Part shown: positions 1-9,109 of the stretch, piece after piece
Numbering within the stretch: the stretch's first letter is position 1
How the letters are laid out: each line of letters begins with the position of its first letter
DNA from: Clostridia bacterium
GTDB taxonomy: Bacteria; Bacillota; Clostridia; UMGS1883; UMGS1540
Assembly: GCA_045531205.1 (NCBI GenBank)
Contig: JAZSDN010000003.1
Location: 17,281 to 81,280 of the forward strand
Direction: 5' to 3'
Length of the DNA stretch: 64,000 bases
Notes under the pieces: generated by a model
Told to the model about the DNA's origin: nothing
Database searches by the model: none
What the model saw: the letters and a program-made list of their open reading frames with translations, nothing else
Translations under genes and position numbers: made by a program

Positions 1-71
1 TAGAATTAACAGATGAATTAAACGACACTCAAAGAGGAGAGGGCGGCTTTGGCTCAACAGGAAAAAAGTAA
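1..71 (+). CDS. dut: dUTP diphosphatase, C-terminal fragment (5' end outside window)
   Basis: Frame +3 reads ELTDELNDTQRGEGGFGSTGKK then stop at 69-71. RGxGGFGSTG is the C-terminal motif of trimeric dUTPases. Confidence 0.6.
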   Translation, partial: ELTDELNDTQRGEGGFGSTGKK

Positions 72-438
72 TATAAAACCTGCCGATATAATTTTACTTG
101 TATTGACTGTAATACTGTCAGGCTTGCTTTTAATGGGTTCACTTTTTCTTAAGGAAAGCGGAAACACAGTTATCATAGAAATAGACGGACAGGAATATTC
201 ACGCTACTCTCTTTCAGATATAAAAGAAGACAAAACAGTAGAAATAAACACAAAATACGGCTCAAATACCATTGTGATTCAAAAAGACGGAGTTTATGTA
301 AAAACGGCAGACTGCCCCGATAAAACAGACGTAAAAAAGGGTAAAATAACAAAAACGGGCGACAGTATAGTTTGTATTCCAAACAGACTTATAATATATA
401 TCGAAGGAGAAAGTGACGTAGATGCTACATCGTATTGA
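49..438 (+). CDS. NusG domain II-containing membrane-anchored protein (DUF1312-like)
   Basis: 129 aa. TTG start preceded by GGAG at about 35-38. N-terminal TM helix, then a beta-rich domain with a CPDKxxVKKGxI...IVCIPN pattern. Usually paired with the Gx transporter gene that follows. Confidence 0.7.
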   Translation: MAQQEKSNIKPADIILLVLTVILSGLLLMGSLFLKESGNTVIIEIDGQEYSRYSLSDIKEDKTVEINTKYGSNTIVIQKDGVYVKTADCPDKTDVKKGKITKTGDSIVCIPNRLIIYIEGESDVDATSY

Positions 439-943
439 AGCAAAGAGGATAGTGTATACGGGCATTTTTGCTGCAGTGGCAATAGTCCTTTCAATAGTTG
501 AAAATATGTTGCCGTCTCCAGGCTTTATGTACGGTGCTAAAATAGGACTTGCAAATGTTGTAACTTTAGCCGCAATATCTGTTTTTTCGGCAAAAGAAGC
601 ATTGTTAATAGTTTTGGCACGTACCTTTGTAACTTCACTTCTTACAGGCACATTTTCAGCATACCCCTTTTCACTTGCAGGAGGCATTTCCGCTTGGATT
701 ATAATGCTTATAGCATATAAAATGTTTTACGGCAAATTAAGCTTTGCAGGGATAAGCCTTTTAGGTGCAATAGCACATAGCACGGCACAGGTTATGGTAG
801 CATCCGTACTGATAGGCACAAACAAAATGTTTGCATATCTTATGATTTTAATACTTATTTCATCTTTTACAGGCTTTTTTACAGGAGTATGTGCAAACCT
901 TTTAGTTCCAAGACTAAAAAAATTAAAGGAGATTAAATCTTGA
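422..943 (+). CDS. Gx transporter family protein (heptaprenyl diphosphate synthase component I-like membrane protein)
   Basis: 173 aa, multi-TM. Overlaps the upstream gene by 17 nt. Sequence character matches the family that accompanies NusG_II proteins. Confidence 0.65.
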   Translation: MLHRIEAKRIVYTGIFAAVAIVLSIVENMLPSPGFMYGAKIGLANVVTLAAISVFSAKEALLIVLARTFVTSLLTGTFSAYPFSLAGGISAWIIMLIAYKMFYGKLSFAGISLLGAIAHSTAQVMVASVLIGTNKMFAYLMILILISSFTGFFTGVCANLLVPRLKKLKEIKS

Positions 944-1527
944 ATAAATTTATTCTGGCTTCAGCTTCCCCAAGAAGAAAAGAACTTCTTTTGAGAGCTG
1001 GCTTTGATTTTGAAATAAAAATAGCAGATATCGACGAAACCTTTCCTGAATTTTTGTCACCGTATATGGCAGTACAACAAACAGCCATAAAAAAAGCCGC
1101 TGCAGTAGTAGAAAAAGGGATGAGAAACAGCCTTGTAATAGGTGCAGATACAGTAGTTGTGTTTGACAATCAGATTTTAGGAAAACCAAAGGATGAAGAA
1201 GACGCACATAAAATGCTTTCAATGCTTTCAGGGCAAACACACGAGGTTATGACAGGAGTTTCTGTTATAAGAGTAAAAGACGGATATACAGCTTCTTTTT
1301 GCGAAATAACAAAAGTAACCTTCCGTAAAATTTTGCCCGACGAAATAAATGAATATATAAAAACAGGCATTCCTATGGATAAAGCAGGTGCTTATGCCGT
1401 TCAGCAAGACCCATTTTCCTTTGTAAAAAAGGTTGAAGGGGATTACGAAAATGTTGTAGGACTTCCCATAGGACCTTTAAAAAATTTTCTTGCAGACGAA
1501 TTTGAATTGGAGATGCAGTATGAATAA
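940..1527 (+). CDS. maf: Maf-like nucleoside triphosphate pyrophosphatase / septum formation protein
   Basis: ILASASPRRKELL, GADTVV, GKP and DKAGAYAVQ motifs. Sits upstream of mreCD as in many Firmicutes. Confidence 0.9.
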   Translation: MNKFILASASPRRKELLLRAGFDFEIKIADIDETFPEFLSPYMAVQQTAIKKAAAVVEKGMRNSLVIGADTVVVFDNQILGKPKDEEDAHKMLSMLSGQTHEVMTGVSVIRVKDGYTASFCEITKVTFRKILPDEINEYIKTGIPMDKAGAYAVQQDPFSFVKKVEGDYENVVGLPIGPLKNFLADEFELEMQYE

Positions 1528-2344
1528 TTTTTTCAGAAGTAAATTTTTTATAGTATTGATAATAATAACTCTGCTTATTTTTGCACTTATGATACTTTCA
1601 ACCATATCAAGAGATAAAGAAAACTTTGCAGAGGATGGAGTGGGTATAGTAGTTACCCCCGTACAAAGATTTTTTTACAGTATAGGCACGTCAACACAAA
1701 ACTTTTTTGAACGTTTTCGCAGTATAGCCGATTACAGACAGGAAAACGAAACCTTAAAATCACGCGTTAAAGAGCTTGAAGAAGACTCACGCAAGCTTTA
1801 CACCCTTCAAAACGAAAACGAACGTTTGAAAAGTCTTTTGCAGCTTCAGGAAGACAAAGCGGAACTAAAAACAGTTGCAGCCAAGGTTTCTGCAAAAGAT
1901 GCAGGAAACTGGTACTATGATTTTACAATAAACAGAGGCACCAGTAGCGGAATAAAGAAAAAACAACCCGTAATAAACCCCGACGGACTTGTAGGATATG
2001 TAAGTGAAGTCGGCACAACATGGGCAAAGGTAATAACAATTATTGACGAAGCCTCATCGGTAGGAGCAATAATAAACCGTACAGGAGACCGTGCAATAGT
2101 TGAAGGAAATCTTGAACTTTCCGAAGATGGCACCTGTAAGCTTGCTTATATCTCAAAGGGAGCTTCCATGACAGTAGGAGACTATGTAGAAACATCAGGA
2201 CTTGGAGGAATATATCCTGCAGGACTTCTTATAGGCAGAGTAAAAAACTTTACTGCCGACGAGCAGGGACTTTATCATAATGCTGTAGTTGAAACAGCAG
2301 TTAATTTTGAAAAAATAGACGAAGTATTGGTAATAATTGATTAA
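1520..2344 (+). CDS. mreC: Rod shape-determining protein MreC
   Basis: Start moved to the ATG at 1520 (GGAG at 1509-1512). N-terminal TM, a coiled-coil (LKSRVKELEEDSRKLYTLQNENERLK), then a beta-barrel domain (GLVGYVSEV, GGIYPAGLLIG). Confidence 0.85.
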   Translation: MNNFFRSKFFIVLIIITLLIFALMILSTISRDKENFAEDGVGIVVTPVQRFFYSIGTSTQNFFERFRSIADYRQENETLKSRVKELEEDSRKLYTLQNENERLKSLLQLQEDKAELKTVAAKVSAKDAGNWYYDFTINRGTSSGIKKKQPVINPDGLVGYVSEVGTTWAKVITIIDEASSVGAIINRTGDRAIVEGNLELSEDGTCKLAYISKGASMTVGDYVETSGLGGIYPAGLLIGRVKNFTADEQGLYHNAVVETAVNFEKIDEVLVIID

Positions 2345-2353
2345 AGAGGTATT

Positions 2354-2854
2354 ATGAAGTATACAGTAAGAGCAGCAGCAATAATATTTGCCTTTATACT
2401 TGAATGTACATGGGGTTCGTTCCTTAACATTCAGGGAATATCGCCGTGCCTTGCTTTCGCTCTTGTTATAATGATAGCATTAGAGTCAGAACCTTTGGAA
2501 TCAGGTCTTTTAGGACTTCTGGCAGGTGTTCTTACAGATGTTTTGTGGGGAAGAGTTTTTGGTTTTAACGCTCTTTTGTTTATGTATGCAGCAATACTTA
2601 TTTCATTTATATCGGGCGAATTTTATAAAAAATCAGAATTTGTAACAGTGTGGACAACTTTTCTTATGACTGTTTTAGTGCAATTTATTTCTTATATTTT
2701 CACATATACAGTATGGGGAACAGGAAATCTTCCTTATGCATTATTCAGATATGTAATTCCCGTAGCGGCATATACATCGGTAGTTCAGCTTTTGCTTTAC
2801 AAACCGTTTGAAGTACTTATTGCCTTTGGGGTTGAAAGGAGGGGCAGACAGTGA
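2354..2854 (+). CDS. mreD: Rod shape-determining protein MreD
   Basis: 166-aa polytopic membrane protein immediately after mreC and 4-nt overlapped by the PBP2 gene. Confidence 0.7.
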   Translation: MKYTVRAAAIIFAFILECTWGSFLNIQGISPCLAFALVIMIALESEPLESGLLGLLAGVLTDVLWGRVFGFNALLFMYAAILISFISGEFYKKSEFVTVWTTFLMTVLVQFISYIFTYTVWGTGNLPYALFRYVIPVAAYTSVVQLLLYKPFEVLIAFGVERRGRQ

Positions 2855-4881
2855 ATATAAGATACCGCATAATTTATTTTCTTGTAGCCTTTTTCTGCCT
2901 TGCAACCTTCAGCAGACTTATTCATCTCCAAATAATAAAAGGAGATGAATACAGAGAGCAGAGCGAACAACGCCTTTTCCGCACAACCTCGGTTGAAGCA
3001 CCAAGAGGAGATATAGTAGACCGAAACGGAAAAGAACTTGTAAAAAACAAAACAGGTTATGCAGTAAAGGTGTACCATGTAAACGATATTTCCAGCGAGC
3101 AAATGAACAAAATACTTCTTACGCTCACAACATGGGCAAGAGAAGACGGAAGCCTTACCGCAGAAAGTATACCCTTGTCCGATGAAGAACCCTATGAAAT
3201 ACTTATAAGCGGAGACTCTGAAAAAGCATGGAAAGAAAAATACGGGATAGAAAAAAATGCAGATGCAAATAAAATACTTGAACACTTTCGTAAAGAGTAT
3301 AATATAGCAGATTATTATACAAGCAGACAGGCAAGATTTATAATAGGTGCCCGTTATGAAATGGACGTTTTGGGTTTTTCTGATTCTGTTGAATACACCC
3401 TTGCAGAAAATGCAAGCGATGATATGATTACTAAAGTAAAAGAACAGTCAATGGATTTGCCCGGAGTTGCAATAACAACATCTCCAATAAGAGAGTACCC
3501 CGAAGGATCACTTGCTGCCCACATTCTCGGCAGAGTAGGAAGAATTTATAAAGAAGAATACGAAACCTTGCAGGAACAAGGCTACAGTATGAACGATATT
3601 ATAGGCAAACAAGGCATAGAAAAGGTTTGCGAAGATGATTTAAAAGGTAAAAACGGGTTAAGCCGAGTAGAACAAAGTCTTGACGGCAGAGAGGTAGATG
3701 TAACAGAATACCAGCTTTCAAAAAAAGGTAATAATGTTGTACTCACAATAGATGCCGAAATTCAAAAGGCTGCAGAAACAGCTTTAAAAGAAGCAATAGC
3801 CTATGTTCGCGAGAAAAGTGCCGAGGAAGACGGAGAAGGCTATGATGCATCAAGCGGTGCAGTGGTTGCCCTTGATATAAATAGTGGCGAAATACTTGCT
3901 ATAGCATCTTATCCGTCATTTAATCCTTCAACCTTTGACGAGGATTATTCGACTTTAAGCAAAGACAAGAGACTTCCAATGTTTAACCGTGCAATAGGCG
4001 GTGCGTACGAACCTGGCTCAACCTTTAAAATGGTAACCTCAATAGCCGCACTTGAAGAAAAAATAATCACACCTCAAACAACTATAACAGACGAGGGTAT
4101 ATATGACTTTTACCCCGATTATAAGCCTCGCTGCTGGATATATAGTTCAGGTGCAACACACGGACCGCAAAACGTCACACAAGCACTCGAAAACTCGTGT
4201 AACTATTTCTTCTACGATGTCGGAAGAAGAACAACAATAACCACACTTAATAAATATGCAACCCTGTTCGGGCTTGGAAGCAAAACAGGTATTGAACTTG
4301 AAAATGAAGAAAGCAGCGGTATGCTGGCAGGACCCGAACAAAAAGAGGCACGCGGAGAAGAGTGGATGCCCGGCGATACCCTGCAGGCAGCAATAGGACA
4401 GTCCGATAATATGTTTACACCAATTCAGCTTGCAAATTATGTTGCAATGCTGGCAAACGGCGGAACAAGATATAAACCTCATCTTATAAAGGAAATACGT
4501 TCATCTGAAACAGGTGAAATAATAAAAGTGATCGAACCTGAAATTTTAAGCCGTATAGAACTTAATAAAGAAACAAGAAATGCAGTTATGAACGGTATGA
4601 AAAATGTTGTAGAGTTTGGAACAGCAAGCACAGTTTTCGATGAGTTCGAGGTTGGGGTAGGCGGTAAAACCGGCACTGCCGAAGTGTCTGACGGTTCTGA
4701 TAACGCAATTTTTGTAGGTTACGCACCAAGCAATGCACCTACAGTTGCAGTTTGTGCAGTAATAGAGCATGGCGTACATGGCTCAAATGCAGCAATAGTA
4801 GCAAGAGATGTTTTTAAAGCCTGCTTTAACGGAGAAATTGAAGCAGACGATATAAGCATTAAAAATATTCTCACCCATTGA
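2851..4881 (+). CDS. mrdA: Penicillin-binding protein 2 (elongation transpeptidase)
   Basis: GTG start after AGGAGGGG. N-terminal TM and PBP dimerisation domain. Transpeptidase motifs STFK, SCN (SxN) and KTGT. Confidence 0.85.
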   Translation: MNIRYRIIYFLVAFFCLATFSRLIHLQIIKGDEYREQSEQRLFRTTSVEAPRGDIVDRNGKELVKNKTGYAVKVYHVNDISSEQMNKILLTLTTWAREDGSLTAESIPLSDEEPYEILISGDSEKAWKEKYGIEKNADANKILEHFRKEYNIADYYTSRQARFIIGARYEMDVLGFSDSVEYTLAENASDDMITKVKEQSMDLPGVAITTSPIREYPEGSLAAHILGRVGRIYKEEYETLQEQGYSMNDIIGKQGIEKVCEDDLKGKNGLSRVEQSLDGREVDVTEYQLSKKGNNVVLTIDAEIQKAAETALKEAIAYVREKSAEEDGEGYDASSGAVVALDINSGEILAIASYPSFNPSTFDEDYSTLSKDKRLPMFNRAIGGAYEPGSTFKMVTSIAALEEKIITPQTTITDEGIYDFYPDYKPRCWIYSSGATHGPQNVTQALENSCNYFFYDVGRRTTITTLNKYATLFGLGSKTGIELENEESSGMLAGPEQKEARGEEWMPGDTLQAAIGQSDNMFTPIQLANYVAMLANGGTRYKPHLIKEIRSSETGEIIKVIEPEILSRIELNKETRNAVMNGMKNVVEFGTASTVFDEFEVGVGGKTGTAEVSDGSDNAIFVGYAPSNAPTVAVCAVIEHGVHGSNAAIVARDVFKACFNGEIEADDISIKNILTH

Positions 4882-4947
4882 TTTTATACTTGTATTGTGT
4901 TAAAATTATTATGGTAACAAAAAAATGGAATTTAAAGGAGTTATAAA

Positions 4948-5592
4948 ATGAGAGAACAAATATTAAAAGCAATAGAAGATAAAAAGATAATAACAATCGT
5001 AAGAGGAATAAAAAAAGAAAAACTTGTACCTCTTGCAGAGGCAATGTATAATGGTGGGATACGCCTTCTTGAAGTGACATACGATGCAAAAGGAATTGTA
5101 ACAGACGAAGAAACAGCAGAAAATATTGAGATCCTTGTAAATGAATTTGCCGGCAGAATGTATATAGGCGCAGGAACAGTTATTACAGAAAAACAGGTAG
5201 AACTTACAAAAAAAGCGGGAGGAAGCTTTATAATATCTCCCGATTCCTATGAAAATGTAATCGCAAAAACAAGAGAACTTGAAATGGTATCAATGCCGGG
5301 AGCACTTACTCCTACAGAAATTCAGGCAGCACACCGCTTTGGCGCAGACTTTGTAAAATTGTTCCCAATAACAAATTTTGGTACAGAATATGTAAAAGCA
5401 GTAAAAGCACCTCTTTCCCATATAAAACTTCTTGCAGTTGGCGGAATAAACGAAAACAATATGGCAGAATATTTAAAAGCGGGAGTATCGGGCTTTGGCG
5501 TAGGCTCTAATATAATAAACAAAGAGTTTGTTTTAAATAACGAATTTGAAAAAATAACAGAACTTGCAAAAAAATATACTGAATCATTATAA
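4948..5592 (+). CDS. eda: KDPG / 4-hydroxy-2-oxoglutarate aldolase
   Basis: 214 aa. IITIVRG, LLEVT, GAGTV and the Schiff-base lysine context DFVKLFP. Confidence 0.8.
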   Translation: MREQILKAIEDKKIITIVRGIKKEKLVPLAEAMYNGGIRLLEVTYDAKGIVTDEETAENIEILVNEFAGRMYIGAGTVITEKQVELTKKAGGSFIISPDSYENVIAKTRELEMVSMPGALTPTEIQAAHRFGADFVKLFPITNFGTEYVKAVKAPLSHIKLLAVGGINENNMAEYLKAGVSGFGVGSNIINKEFVLNNEFEKITELAKKYTESL

Positions 5593-5615
5593 TATTAAAA
5601 AGGAGATTTGCAAAA

Positions 5616-6416
5616 ATGGGAAAAGTAATAGTTGTAACATCTGGTAAAGGCGGAGTAGGCAAAACAACAACAACGGCAAATCTCGGCAAAACTCTGTCAA
5701 ATATGGGCAAACGTGTGCTTGTTATAGATGCAGATTTAGGTCTTCGCAATCTTGATGTAGCACTCGGGGTAGAAAACAAAATAGTATATGATTTTGCAGA
5801 TGTTTTAGAAGAAAGATGCAGTCTTTTTCAGGCACTTATACAAATAGACGAAAATCTTTTTATGCTTGCGGCATCGCAAACAGTAGAAAAAGAAGCAATA
5901 GAAGAATCCCAGATGCAAAAGCTTACAAAAGAGCTTTCGGGTGAGTATGACTTTATACTTATAGACTGCCCTGCAGGTATAGAACACGGCTTTAAAAATG
6001 CAGTTATCGGAGCAGATACAGCATTAATAGTAACAACTCCCGATTACGCAGCTCTTCGTGATGCAGACAAGGTTTTGTGCCTTCTTGAAGACAGAGATAT
6101 TGATAAATATGTAATAGTAAACAGAATAAATCCTCACCTTATCAAAAAAGGAGCACAGCTTACAGTTGATGAAATAATAGAGCTTTTAGCGGTTGACTTT
6201 CTTGGAGCAATAGCCGAAAGCGAAGAAATCCAGATAGCTGCAAGCCTTGGAAAAACAGTAACACATGATAAAAAAGGAAAAGCAGGAAAAGAGTATGAAA
6301 ATATTGTAAAAAGACTTATGGGAGAAAAAATTCCTGTACAAAAATTTTCAGGCTCAAAAAATATTTTTGCAAAAAATAAAAGGAAAAAACTTATAAAAAG
6401 AATGAAAGAAAATTAA
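5616..6416 (+). CDS. minD: Septum site-determining ATPase MinD
   Basis: Deviant Walker [35 protein letters not shown], and a basic amphipathic C-terminal tail. Confidence 0.9.
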   Translation: MGKVIVVTSGKGGVGKTTTTANLGKTLSNMGKRVLVIDADLGLRNLDVALGVENKIVYDFADVLEERCSLFQALIQIDENLFMLAASQTVEKEAIEESQMQKLTKELSGEYDFILIDCPAGIEHGFKNAVIGADTALIVTTPDYAALRDADKVLCLLEDRDIDKYVIVNRINPHLIKKGAQLTVDEIIELLAVDFLGAIAESEEIQIAASLGKTVTHDKKGKAGKEYENIVKRLMGEKIPVQKFSGSKNIFAKNKRKKLIKRMKEN

Positions 6417-6430
6417 ATGGAGGAAAAAAG

Positions 6431-6838
6431 GTGAATATAGCACTTATAGCGCACGATAAGAAAAAAGAACTTATGGTACAGTTTTGTATAGCATATCGCG
6501 GCATATTTGCAAAGCATAATCTTTGTGCAACAGGAACAACGGGCACACTTATTATGGAAGCAACAGGCCTTGATGTACATAGATTTTTATCGGGGCCGCA
6601 GGGGGGCGACCAACAGATAGGCAGCCGAATTGCATATAACGAAATAGACTTGGTACTCTTTTTCAGAGACCCATTAACAGCACATCCTCACGAACCTGAT
6701 GTTGAAGCACTTTTAAGACTTTGCGACGTACACAATATACCCATAGCAACCAATATGGCAACAGCCGAAGTTCTGATACACGGACTTGAGCGTGGCGATT
6801 TAGCATGGCGTGATATATTAAATCCAAAAAATAAATGA
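6431..6838 (+). CDS. mgsA: Methylglyoxal synthase
   Basis: [29 protein letters not shown] and [12 protein letters not shown] motifs. Confidence 0.9.
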   Translation: MNIALIAHDKKKELMVQFCIAYRGIFAKHNLCATGTTGTLIMEATGLDVHRFLSGPQGGDQQIGSRIAYNEIDLVLFFRDPLTAHPHEPDVEALLRLCDVHNIPIATNMATAEVLIHGLERGDLAWRDILNPKNK

Positions 6839-6848
6839 GAGAGTAATT

Positions 6849-8105
6849 ATGAGTATACTTATAAAAGATATAAATATCCTTACCCAGGATAAACTTGTAG
6901 AAAAAACAAATATTTATATTGAATATGACAGAATAAGCTATATAGGCGAACGTACAAACTTTACAGCCGACACCGTAATTGAAGGCAGGGGCAGAACAGT
7001 AATGCCGGGCTTTGTAAATGCACATACCCATGCAGCAATGGTTTTAATGCGTGGTTATGCAGACGGTCTGCCGCTTCAAAAATGGCTTTTTGACTGTATT
7101 TTTCCTATAGAAGACAAGCTTTGCGATAAAGATATATACTGGGGAACAAAGCTTGCAATTTTAGAAATGCTTTCAACAGGCACAGTTTTGTTTAATGATA
7201 TGTACTTTTTCTGCGATACATTTTGCGAGGCAGTAAAAGAATCGGGCATTAAAGTTCTCTGTGCAAGAGGACTTACATCCGATAAAATCAGCGGATTTGA
7301 AAATGATGTTAAAATACTCGAAAATATAAAAACCTATGAAAGATTTAACGGCACCGAAAATAACCGAATACACATAACCTTCGGTCCCCACGCAATATAC
7401 ACCTGCACACCTGAATATATAGCAGAATGTGCAAAAATAGCAAGACAGTACAATGTAAAGCTTCATATACATTTGTCTGAAACCGAAACCGAAAATAGTG
7501 ATGCATTTATAAAGTATGGAAAAACTCCTACAGAGTTTATGCGTGATTTAGGTGTGTTTGACACAGGCTGTATCGCAGCACATTGCGTGCATCTTACCGA
7601 AAATGATATGGAAATATTAAAGCAGTATAAGGTTGATGTTGTGTATAATCCCGAAAGTAACCTTAAACTTTCAAGCGGAATAGCACCAATGAAAACTCTT
7701 TACGAAAAAGGAATTAACCTTTGTATTGGTACCGACGGTGCATCCTCAAACAACAACCTCAATATGATTGAAGAAATGCATACGGCAGCACTCTTGTCGG
7801 GAATCCCCACAAAAGACATATTCAAAATGGCAACACAAAACGGAGCACGTGCCCTCGGCTTTTACGATACAGGCGATGTAAAAGAAGGAATGAAGGCAGA
7901 TATCATAATAGTTGATACAGAAAAACCTCATTACTATCCAAAACACGATATGTATGCAAATATGGTATATTCGGCACAGGGTGCGGATGTTGACTATACA
8001 ATAGTTGATGGAAAAGTTTTGTATAAAGAAGGGGAGTATTTAACCCTTGATGCAGAAAAAATAAAGTATGAAGTAATGCAGGCAAAAGAAAGGCTTTTTG
8101 GATGA
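6849..8105 (+). CDS. mtaD: Amidohydrolase, 5-methylthioadenosine/S-adenosylhomocysteine deaminase type
   Basis: PGFVNAHTH metal-binding motif, HLSET and GTDGASSNN motifs of the ATZ/TRZ-MtaD deaminases. Confidence 0.7.
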   Translation: MSILIKDINILTQDKLVEKTNIYIEYDRISYIGERTNFTADTVIEGRGRTVMPGFVNAHTHAAMVLMRGYADGLPLQKWLFDCIFPIEDKLCDKDIYWGTKLAILEMLSTGTVLFNDMYFFCDTFCEAVKESGIKVLCARGLTSDKISGFENDVKILENIKTYERFNGTENNRIHITFGPHAIYTCTPEYIAECAKIARQYNVKLHIHLSETETENSDAFIKYGKTPTEFMRDLGVFDTGCIAAHCVHLTENDMEILKQYKVDVVYNPESNLKLSSGIAPMKTLYEKGINLCIGTDGASSNNNLNMIEEMHTAALLSGIPTKDIFKMATQNGARALGFYDTGDVKEGMKADIIIVDTEKPHYYPKHDMYANMVYSAQGADVDYTIVDGKVLYKEGEYLTLDAEKIKYEVMQAKERLFG

Positions 8106-8509
8106 GAATTTTAGGAATAGATTACGGTGACAGCCGTATAGGAATAGCGGTAAGTGATTTAATGGGAATGACCGCCCAGCCCGTGTGTGTTATAAGCGAA
8201 AAAGAACGGCAAAAACAGCTTACCGAGGTAGATAAGCTTATAAAAGAATATAAAGCCGAAAAAGTAGTTATGGGTATGCCCAAAAATATGAACGGCTCAA
8301 TTGGCGAGAGAGCCGAAAAAACAAGAAAATTCGGGCAGGAACTTGCAGAGTTTTCGGGAATACAGGTTATAGAATGGGACGAAAGACTTTCATCAGCCTA
8401 TGCCCATCGCACTCTTGAAGAAGGAAATGTCAGCGGCAAAAAAAGAAAAGGACTTGTCGATAAACTTGCAGCTGCTTTTATATTACAAGGATATCTTGAT
8501 GCTATTTAA
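8102..8509 (+). CDS. ruvX: Holliday junction resolvase-like / pre-16S rRNA nuclease RuvX (YqgF)
   Basis: ILGIDYGDSRIGIAVSD N-terminus, GMPKNMNGSIG, DERLSS. Confidence 0.9.
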   Translation: MRILGIDYGDSRIGIAVSDLMGMTAQPVCVISEKERQKQLTEVDKLIKEYKAEKVVMGMPKNMNGSIGERAEKTRKFGQELAEFSGIQVIEWDERLSSAYAHRTLEEGNVSGKKRKGLVDKLAAAFILQGYLDAI

Positions 8510-8524
8510 AAAAGGAGAATAATC

Positions 8525-8821
8525 ATGGAAGAAAACAACAACATTGTAACACTGGTTGACGAAGACGGAAATCAGGTAGAAATGGAAATAATCGATATAA
8601 TCGAAGATGACGGCAAACGTTACGCAGCAGGCGTTTATGTAAACGAAGAAGATGCCGAATCCGAAGAAGATATGGTATATATTATGCGTATAGTACCTGC
8701 AAATGATGAAGAGGATATGCTTGAGCCTATCGAAGACGAAGCAGAACTCAATAAAATATATTCAATTCTTCAGACAAGACTTGAAGAAGAATTCGAGTTT
8801 ACAGAAGAAGACGACGAATAA
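8525..8821 (+). CDS. DUF1292 family acidic protein
   Basis: 98 aa, very acidic. Conserved position after ruvX in Firmicutes. Confidence 0.75.
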   Translation: MEENNNIVTLVDEDGNQVEMEIIDIIEDDGKRYAAGVYVNEEDAESEEDMVYIMRIVPANDEEDMLEPIEDEAELNKIYSILQTRLEEEFEFTEEDDE

Positions 8822-8855
8822 ACCAAAGTAAAAATCATATACTAAAAAGGTAGAA

Positions 8856-9052
8856 ACATCCCTGCGGTGTACGCCATCCTCAAAAATTTTACCAACACTT
8901 ATAATGTAAGGGAGACAAAACCCGGTTGCGGCGTGTATGCCCCCCGAACCGCTTTTGCGGTCGGTATGAGGGAAACCCAGGAACAACCTGTAAGTCACCC
9001 ACCTGCGAAGCAGGTTAAATTTAAGAGGTTAAAAACGGCATTGCGGGGTAAA
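8856..9052 (+). ncRNA. ssrS: Candidate 6S RNA (SsrS-like structured sRNA)
   Basis: GC-enriched non-coding island. A 10-bp closing helix pairs 8860-8869 with 9039-9048; it includes G-U pairs that exist only on the + strand. A second helix pairs 8878-8889 with 9017-9028 around a 2x2 internal loop. There is a large central loop, and an apical hairpin pairs 8944-8952 with 8957-8964. The 5' bubble segment UUUUACCAACAC and the 3' bubble segment CCUGUAAGUC resemble what I recall of Bacillus 6S-1. Confidence 0.55.
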
Positions 9053-9061
9053 TAGATTTTT

Positions 9062-9090
9062 AGGCGGCCTATAAGGTCGCCTGTTATCTT
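9062..9090 (+). terminator. Hairpin after the 6S-like RNA (weak U tract)
   Basis: 8-bp stem pairing 9062-9069 with 9075-9082, followed by GTTATCTT. Confidence 0.35.
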
Positions 9091-9109
9091 ATATATTTTG
9101 AGGTTACAA

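Noticed and set aside
8940-9000. Possible c-di-AMP (ydaO-type) riboswitch controlling the MFS gene, based on CCCGAACC and AACCTGTAAGTC resembling the ydaO 3' core
   Set aside because: In ydaO these blocks are contiguous; here a hairpin separates them. I could not find the GGGGTGAATC-type 5' core. The overall long-hairpin/central-bubble architecture fits 6S better. A covariance-model search is still worthwhile.
8867-9055. 62-aa ORF in the ruvX/DUF1292-MFS intergenic region
   Set aside because: It has no RBS and an odd composition, and it coincides exactly with the helices of the 6S-like RNA.
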